The translations under genes were made by a program, and so were the position numbers. From positions 832,001 to 896,000 of the forward strand of contig CAXXKJ010000002.1 of assembly GCA_963675295.2 (NCBI GenBank): DNA of 64,000 bases. The letters are read 5' to 3'. Source of the stretch: a bacterium. GTDB taxonomy: Bacteria > Electryoneota > Electryoneia > Electryoneales > Electryoneaceae. Positions 58,184-64,000 of the stretch are shown here, piece after piece; positions within the stretch are counted from its first letter, which is position 1, and every line of letters starts with the position of its first letter. The notes beneath the pieces are model-generated. The model ran no database searches and was not told the origin of the DNA. It saw only the letters and a program-made list of their open reading frames with translations.

Positions 58184-59194
58184 TTAAACCCTGAGATGAT
58201 TCAATAGTTGTTCGCGTGTTCGTTGTCCGGATTGTGCGCCGCGATGTTGCACGGACAGGGATGCGGCGTGCGTTGCCAGCGCGATGGCAGTGTCCATCGG
58301 CAGGTCCTCGGCGAGGAAGGCTGCGACCGCACCGCAGAAGGCGTCCCCGGCGCCGACGCTGTCGATGACGTCGATTTCCGGCGGCGGGAACATCAGGTGT
58401 GCACCGTCGGGACGGATCCACTCCACACCTTGTGGCCCCAGGGTGACAAAGACATGCTGCGCGCCGACTTCGGTCCATTGCACATACCGTTCGGCTGGCG
58501 GAATCGCTTCGTAATCCTCGACATCGAGGATCGCGGCGGCCTGTAGTTCGTTGGGTACGAGCGCAAACAGCCCGCGCGGCGGACGCGGGGACTTGTTCCT
58601 GAACGGATCGGGGTTGAAAATGATCTTCAGGTCGAACTCTTTCGCCAGCTCGATGGCGTGGGTGACCGTCGCGAGCGGGAGTTCATTCTGGATCAGCAGC
58701 CACTTCGCGCGGCGGAACAGGTGCAGCTTGCGGTCGAGGTGGTCCGGCAGCAGGTGGTGGTACGCGCCGGGGCAGGCGGTGATCTGGTTTTCGCCGTGCT
58801 CATCCACCGAGATGATCGCTTCGGCGGTGGGCTGATTCGGCACATGGACCACGCCCTCGGTGTCGACTCCGGCGTCGAGCAGCGGTTGCAACGCTATCCG
58901 TCCCGCCTCATCCTCTCCGCCGATGGCTGAGATGAAGAGTACTTCCGCGCCCATCTTGCGTGCGGCGAGGGCCTGGTTCGCGCCTTTGCCGCCGGGATGG
59001 ATTTCCATGCGATGGCCGATGGACGTTTCGCCGGGGCGCGGCAAGCTGGTGACATAAAAAATACGGTCGAGCACCGTCGCGCCGACAACCAGTATCGTGC
59101 CGGGACGTTCGGGCTGAGCGGGGACGCTGGCAAAGTCCGGCGTGGGTTGCTCCGAGTGTCCGCTGTTTGCGTACAGGGGGGTCGTCTCGTTCAT
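58184..59194 (-). CDS. Ribokinase / PfkB family carbohydrate kinase
   Basis: PGGKGANQA and DSVGAGDAF motifs; probable start at 59194 after GAGG (the ORF track extends to 59305). Confidence 0.88.
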   Translation of the reverse strand: MNETTPLYANSGHSEQPTPDFASVPAQPERPGTILVVGATVLDRIFYVTSLPRPGETSIGHRMEIHPGGKGANQALAARKMGAEVLFISAIGGEDEAGRIALQPLLDAGVDTEGVVHVPNQPTAEAIISVDEHGENQITACPGAYHHLLPDHLDRKLHLFRRAKWLLIQNELPLATVTHAIELAKEFDLKIIFNPDPFRNKSPRPPRGLFALVPNELQAAAILDVEDYEAIPPAERYVQWTEVGAQHVFVTLGPQGVEWIRPDGAHLMFPPPEIDVIDSVGAGDAFCGAVAAFLAEDLPMDTAIALATHAASLSVQHRGAQSGQRTREQLLNHLRV

Positions 59195-59355
59195 CGAGTC
59201 CTCATCAGATTGGGGGACGACGTGTCCGTAAGATAGTCGCGCCATGCGCCTCGCGCCTGTCTGGACACGAAGGTTGTGCAAAATCGTATACTCAGCAGGA
59301 TTCATAAACGCGAAGCGTTACGCGCTGTCAACGGCAAGCGAAGGATGGAATTGCG

Positions 59356-59799
59356 GTGAACAATCGTCACGAAAAACCGTGGGTGATCAGCCAGGTCCGT
59401 GTGCCATACGGCCACACCGACCAAATGGGGAACGTCTATTATGGTCACGCGTTACTCTATTTCGAGATGGGCCGGACCGAATGGATGCGTGAGGGTGGGC
59501 TGACGTACCGTGAGTTTGAGGATATGGGCTTTTTCGTGCCGGTGATCGAGGCGCACGTGCAGTATCGCGGGCGGTTGTTCTACGATGACCTCCTCGAGAT
59601 CTGGACGGCGGCGTCAATGGAGGGCCGGTCACGTTTCCGGTTCACGCATCAGCTTCGCCGTGCCGGCGAAGACACCGTGTTGTTTGAGGGGTATACGATC
59701 CACCCGGTGGTGGATGAGAGTGCGAAGCCGATCAAGTTGCCGCCGGTGATGCGGGAGCTGCTGGAGCGGCTCGGAGAGTACAAACCCGAAAAACCCTGA
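59356..59799 (+). CDS. YbgC/FadM family acyl-CoA thioesterase
   Basis: RVPYGHTDQMGNVYYG..L.YFE.GRTE hotdog-fold motif. Confidence 0.88.
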   Translation: MNNRHEKPWVISQVRVPYGHTDQMGNVYYGHALLYFEMGRTEWMREGGLTYREFEDMGFFVPVIEAHVQYRGRLFYDDLLEIWTAASMEGRSRFRFTHQLRRAGEDTVLFEGYTIHPVVDESAKPIKLPPVMRELLERLGEYKPEKP

Positions 59800-60076
59800 A
59801 TCCGCATCGGGGTTGACTGTGCGCTGGAACACAGTGAGGGCTCTGGGAACCGATAAACGGGTCCGAATCGGTGTGGAGAGGTTGACTCCCCGTCTAGGGC
59901 GAGTGTAGTTTGAGCGTGCTAACCCGCAAGGATAACGACTTGGAGTGCATCGGGACGCTTCGCTATCAGAGTTTGTGTGTGACAAGGCAGCAGGCAGGAT
60001 AACTCTCGCGCTGCCGGAATAGCCAGGCGTGCCAGGCGAATCTCCCCGATTCGTCATTGGCCTACCAAGGACGTTC

Positions 60077-63000
60077 ATGATTCGCGTGACAACTCAATCA
60101 TCAGCGACGATTCGTTTGCTGTGCTTCGTGTGCCTGATCGCGGTATTGATCACGGGCACCGCCCGGGCCGGTGTGTTCACCGTGCTCGAGGACAACGCCA
60201 GCGAAACGGTGGTCGAGCTGTCGTTCCCCGAATGGGAGCAGCGTCAGTTCGAGGATGGAACGCTCTACGTGCCGGTCTCGGCGGCGGTGGACAGCCGCGT
60301 GGGCATGCGGATGACGCCGTATGTGTCGCGTCTGGTCGCGTTGCCGGCGGCAAGCTTGCCGCAGATCGTGATTGAAGAGCAGCGTTGGGGCGATGCGTTC
60401 GAGGGACTGGCTCCATACGGCGATGCGTCTGCGGACAACCTGCCGGTCTCGAGTCTGCAGGGGCGTGGGCCGGTGGTGCTGAGCGAGCCGTACACGTGGC
60501 GTCATCGTAACGTCGCGCACGTGTTCGTGGTGCCTGTCCGTGAGACGGACGGCGGCGTGGTTCCGCTGCAGTACATCCGTTTCCGGATCGTGCATCCGCG
60601 TCCGCAGGCCGGACTGCGTAGCGAGCCGGACCGTCTCGCAGAGCTCGGCGTGCTGAACGGCAAGTCTGCGCGAAAGTGGGCGTTACCGAAGAAGCGCAGC
60701 AACGCTCGCAGCATTGCGTCGACGTTCGGCTGGCCGGACGGTCAGATGTTGCGTATCGAGATCGAACAGGAAGGGATGTATCAGATCTCCGGCGCGACGC
60801 TGCAGGCGCGCGGCATCGATGTCTCCGGGTTTGATCCCCGCAAATTCCGTCTCTACAACAACGGCGGCCAGCGGCTGCCGGTTGTATTCAACTCGCCGCG
60901 TCCGGATTCGCTGATCGAAAACGCGATTCTTGTCACCGGCGAGGATGATGGCAGTTTTGACGATGACGACCGTATCATCTTCTACGGACGGTCGGTCAAC
61001 ACGTGGGTCTCCGGTGCGACGCCGGGATCGTATGTACACACGATGAATCCGTTCACCCGCCGCAATGTCTACTGGCTGCAAATTTCGAACACCGGCAACG
61101 ACGGCAAGCGGATGAGCGACTTGGATGCCGACATCGCGGTCACGTATGAAGCGGATCACGCGCGCTCGCGCGTGTTCGTCGACACCGAGGCGATTGTCTA
61201 CGGCAGCAAGAATCATCCAGAATCGGGGACTCTGTGGTACGCGAAGGAGCTGAATGCGGGTGAAGCGTATTCGGTCAGCTTTGAAGCCGATAAGCCGTTG
61301 CAGGCGTCGGATGCGTCGGTCTGGGTGATGTTCGAAAACGTCGGTGTCTTCTCCGAAGAAGCTGTGGTGCAGATCAACAGCACGGTGATTGACACGATCG
61401 AGCTGGACGACGAGCGGCGCAAGCTGTCGATCCCGGACGGGGTGCTGCGTGACGGCTCCAACAACTTCAGCTTTCGTTTGATCGGCGGACATGTCTACTT
61501 CAACGCGATTGAGGTGGATTACCTGCGCTCGCTGGAAAGCGATGAGGGCAAGATGGCGTTCGACGCGCTCCCGCAGGACGGCATCGCGCGGATGACGCTC
61601 GAGGGGATGGACAACCCATGGCTGTTCGACATTCAGGACTATTCGAATGTCAGCTACACCCGTGGCGAAACGCTGAGCATTGTCAGTTCGGTGAGCAGTC
61701 CACGCCGGCACCTGGCGGTTGAAAACGATCAACTGCTGTCCCCGGCGTCGATTCAGACGGCTGGCTTTGGTTCGCCGGACTACCCGAACGGCCTGCGTGA
61801 TCCGAGTCTCGCGCCAAACACCATCTACATCTACCATTCTGATTTTACCGACGCCACCCGGCAGCTGGAGACGTACGTCGAGGATCGTGACGGTCGCGAA
61901 ATCCTCAGCGTGGACATTGAGGATGTGTACCAGGAGTTTGCGTGGGGGTTGTACGACCCGGTGGCGATTCGCGACTTCCTGATGTACGCGTACGAGAACT
62001 ATGCGGTTACGCCGGGCACCGTGCTGCTGGTCGGTGATGGTGATTACGATTACCGCAACATCGTCTCGGACGCCGACAACAACTGGATTCCGCCGTACGA
62101 GGACGGTATTCTCTGCCGCGACTTGTGGTACACGCAATTCGCCGCGAACGATGTGATCCAGACGCAGATGGTGATGGGGCGTCTGCCGGTGCAGTCGAAT
62201 TCCGAGCTCGAGGTGTACCTCGACAAGCTGCGGCGATACGAAAACGACAGCGACCTCGGCGCGTGGCGCTCGAAGCTGGTGATGGTCGCGGACGATGAAT
62301 ATGTCGAAACCGGCCCCTCGGTGCAGGAACAGATCCACATGGAAGACGCCGAGGAATTCGCGAATGAAGCCGCGCCAGACTTCATCACCGTGAAGAAGAT
62401 CTACATCGGGACCTACCCGACCACGTTCGATCCGGGCACCGGCGGGCGGCGCAAGCCTGCCGCGACGGCTGCCCTGCTCAACGAGATCAACCGTGGCGCC
62501 TTGATTGTCAGCTTCATCGGTCATGGGAACGCGCATGTCTGGACCCATGAGTCGGTTCTGCTCGATACGCGTGACACGCAGTTGATCGACAGCGGCGACC
62601 GCACCCCATTGTTCCTCGCGGCGACGTGTTCGTGGGGGCATTTTGACCGGCCGGAAAACGAAGCGCATCCGGAGCAGTTGCTGGTTAACCCGGGCGGAGC
62701 GATTGGTGTTGTCGCGGCCAGCCGTGTGACCAACGCGTTCGCGAACAACCGTTTCGCGCTGGCGTTTTACGAGCGTGTGTTCAACCGGGAAGCGGCGCTG
62801 TCTGCAGCGGAGGCGCTGTACCTGGCGTTGATCGATCACCCTGAGAGCACGAACCAGTACTACCACTACTTCGGCGAGCCGGACATGAAGCTGGCGCTGC
62901 CGAAGCTGGATGTTGACATGACCAGCATCAACCCGGACAGCCTGACTGCGTTGCAGAACGCACAGGTGACGGCGGAGGTGCGTGCGCCGGACGGTTCGGC

Positions 63001-63973
63001 GCTGCCGGAGTTTGACGGTGAGTCGGTGGTGACGGTGTATGACAGCGCGGACACGCTCGAGTATGTGTTCGTGGATGGCAACGGCAACCCGGCGGACACG
63101 CTGCAGTACTACGTTTCCGGCGGAACGCTGTTCCGTGGGGTGGTATCAACGTCGGAGGGTGAACTCGCGGCTGAGTTTATCGTCCCGCGCGACGTCAAGT
63201 ATGGCAGCCAGAACGGCAGCATCCACATGTACGCATACAACGACGAAACCGACGGTGTCGGTTCAACGGCTGGCGTGAAGATCTCGACGCAGTCGGCCAG
63301 CAGCAACGACAACACACCGCCAGAGGTGACGCTGTACTTCGATCACCCGAACTGGCGTGAAGGCGACCTGACCTCGGCCTCGCCGACGTTGTACGTTTCG
63401 CTGTTCGATTCCAGCGGCATCAACCTGACCGGCGAAATCGGGCATGATATCCGTGCGGTGATCGATGGCACGGATGAGGTGTTGCTGACGGAAACATTCA
63501 CGTATGAACGTGACAGCTACACCGCCGGCATCGCGACGGAGCAGCTGTTCGGCATCGAACCGGGCGAACACACGTTGGAAGTGTGGGCGTGGGACAACGC
63601 GAACAATTTCTCTCGCGCGGAGACAAAGTTCGTGGTGGTTGACGCGGACCAGGAAGTGGCGTTGAATAATGTGCTTAACTGGCCGAACCCGTTCGAACAG
63701 CGCACGAACTTCACGTTCGAGCTGTCCACCGATGCGGAAGTCTCGATACGGATTTATACCGCCAGCGGGCGGAAGATCCGTGAGATTGGGCCGATCCAGG
63801 CACAGGCCGGGTTCAACTATCCGGCGGATGGCGCGAGCCAGGCGCTGGAGTGGGATGGCCGTGACGATTACGGCGATCCGGTGGCCAACGGGGCGTACCT
63901 GTATGTCGTGGAGGCTACCTCGACGTCTGGTCAGAGCGCCGAAGTTGTTGGCAAGCTGCTTCGAATACGCTAA
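60077..63973 (+). CDS. porU: Type IX secretion system sortase PorU (C25 gingipain-like)
   Basis: LLVGDGDYDYRN, GRLP, FIGHG (His) and ATCSWG (Cys), DSSGINLTG.IGHDI, AWDNANN and NWPNPF tail; start probably ATG 60077. Confidence 0.88.
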   Translation: MIRVTTQSSATIRLLCFVCLIAVLITGTARAGVFTVLEDNASETVVELSFPEWEQRQFEDGTLYVPVSAAVDSRVGMRMTPYVSRLVALPAASLPQIVIEEQRWGDAFEGLAPYGDASADNLPVSSLQGRGPVVLSEPYTWRHRNVAHVFVVPVRETDGGVVPLQYIRFRIVHPRPQAGLRSEPDRLAELGVLNGKSARKWALPKKRSNARSIASTFGWPDGQMLRIEIEQEGMYQISGATLQARGIDVSGFDPRKFRLYNNGGQRLPVVFNSPRPDSLIENAILVTGEDDGSFDDDDRIIFYGRSVNTWVSGATPGSYVHTMNPFTRRNVYWLQISNTGNDGKRMSDLDADIAVTYEADHARSRVFVDTEAIVYGSKNHPESGTLWYAKELNAGEAYSVSFEADKPLQASDASVWVMFENVGVFSEEAVVQINSTVIDTIELDDERRKLSIPDGVLRDGSNNFSFRLIGGHVYFNAIEVDYLRSLESDEGKMAFDALPQDGIARMTLEGMDNPWLFDIQDYSNVSYTRGETLSIVSSVSSPRRHLAVENDQLLSPASIQTAGFGSPDYPNGLRDPSLAPNTIYIYHSDFTDATRQLETYVEDRDGREILSVDIEDVYQEFAWGLYDPVAIRDFLMYAYENYAVTPGTVLLVGDGDYDYRNIVSDADNNWIPPYEDGILCRDLWYTQFAANDVIQTQMVMGRLPVQSNSELEVYLDKLRRYENDSDLGAWRSKLVMVADDEYVETGPSVQEQIHMEDAEEFANEAAPDFITVKKIYIGTYPTTFDPGTGGRRKPAATAALLNEINRGALIVSFIGHGNAHVWTHESVLLDTRDTQLIDSGDRTPLFLAATCSWGHFDRPENEAHPEQLLVNPGGAIGVVAASRVTNAFANNRFALAFYERVFNREAALSAAEALYLALIDHPESTNQYYHYFGEPDMKLALPKLDVDMTSINPDSLTALQNAQVTAEVRAPDGSALPEFDGESVVTVYDSADTLEYVFVDGNGNPADTLQYYVSGGTLFRGVVSTSEGELAAEFIVPRDVKYGSQNGSIHMYAYNDETDGVGSTAGVKISTQSASSNDNTPPEVTLYFDHPNWREGDLTSASPTLYVSLFDSSGINLTGEIGHDIRAVIDGTDEVLLTETFTYERDSYTAGIATEQLFGIEPGEHTLEVWAWDNANNFSRAETKFVVVDADQEVALNNVLNWPNPFEQRTNFTFELSTDAEVSIRIYTASGRKIREIGPIQAQAGFNYPADGASQALEWDGRDDYGDPVANGAYLYVVEATSTSGQSAEVVGKLLRIR

Positions 63974-64000
63974 CTTCGCAAACTTTAACATTACGAATAG

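Noticed and set aside
59800-60030. Structured ncRNA (6S RNA or riboswitch) upstream of porU
   Set aside because: Only short complementary ends (CTCTG/CAGAG) and no family motif recognised; TTGACT-18 bp-TAGTTT at 59882-59911 suggests ordinary promoter DNA. An Rfam/Infernal scan would decide.
60683-62866. 727-aa minus-strand ORF and similar long antisense ORFs (for example 37640-39316, 43411-44577, 10877-12034)
   Set aside because: Shadows of high-GC3 genes on the opposite strand, with no motifs of their own

Overview
A 64-kb, roughly 55-60% GC (visual estimate) chromosomal segment, probably from a non-Bacteroidota FCB-group bacterium (inferred from the Por/T9SS tails and PorU). Housekeeping genes: cydAB with an upstream Rex-like box, an ErcA-like Fe-ADH plus PAS hybrid kinase, yciH, menA, tolQR-tolA/tonB-tolB, murQ, a glutaryl-CoA dehydrogenase-like gene, cysteine desulfurase, ribokinase, thioesterase and porU. 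These are interleaved with a large secreted-protein repertoire: 12 proteins with a T9SS C-terminal domain, three S8 proteases, three multi-lamin-tail-domain proteins, two secreted alpha/beta hydrolases and eight highly divergent predicted beta-propeller proteins. One IS1182-family element has duplicated a whole 32-bp hairpin. The least explained signals are: (i) a four-helix-bundle (IVP/bAvd-like) gene enclosed by inverted heptamer arrays, with related heptamer arrays just after the stop codons of several other genes; (ii) hypervariable, often AT-rich propeller domains between conserved flanks or C-terminal modules; (iii) lamin-tail repeat proteins whose motif residues are homogenised within each gene but differ between genes. 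No rRNA, tRNA, CRISPR array, integrase or reverse transcriptase was recognised. All family calls come from motif recognition by eye; no searches were run.
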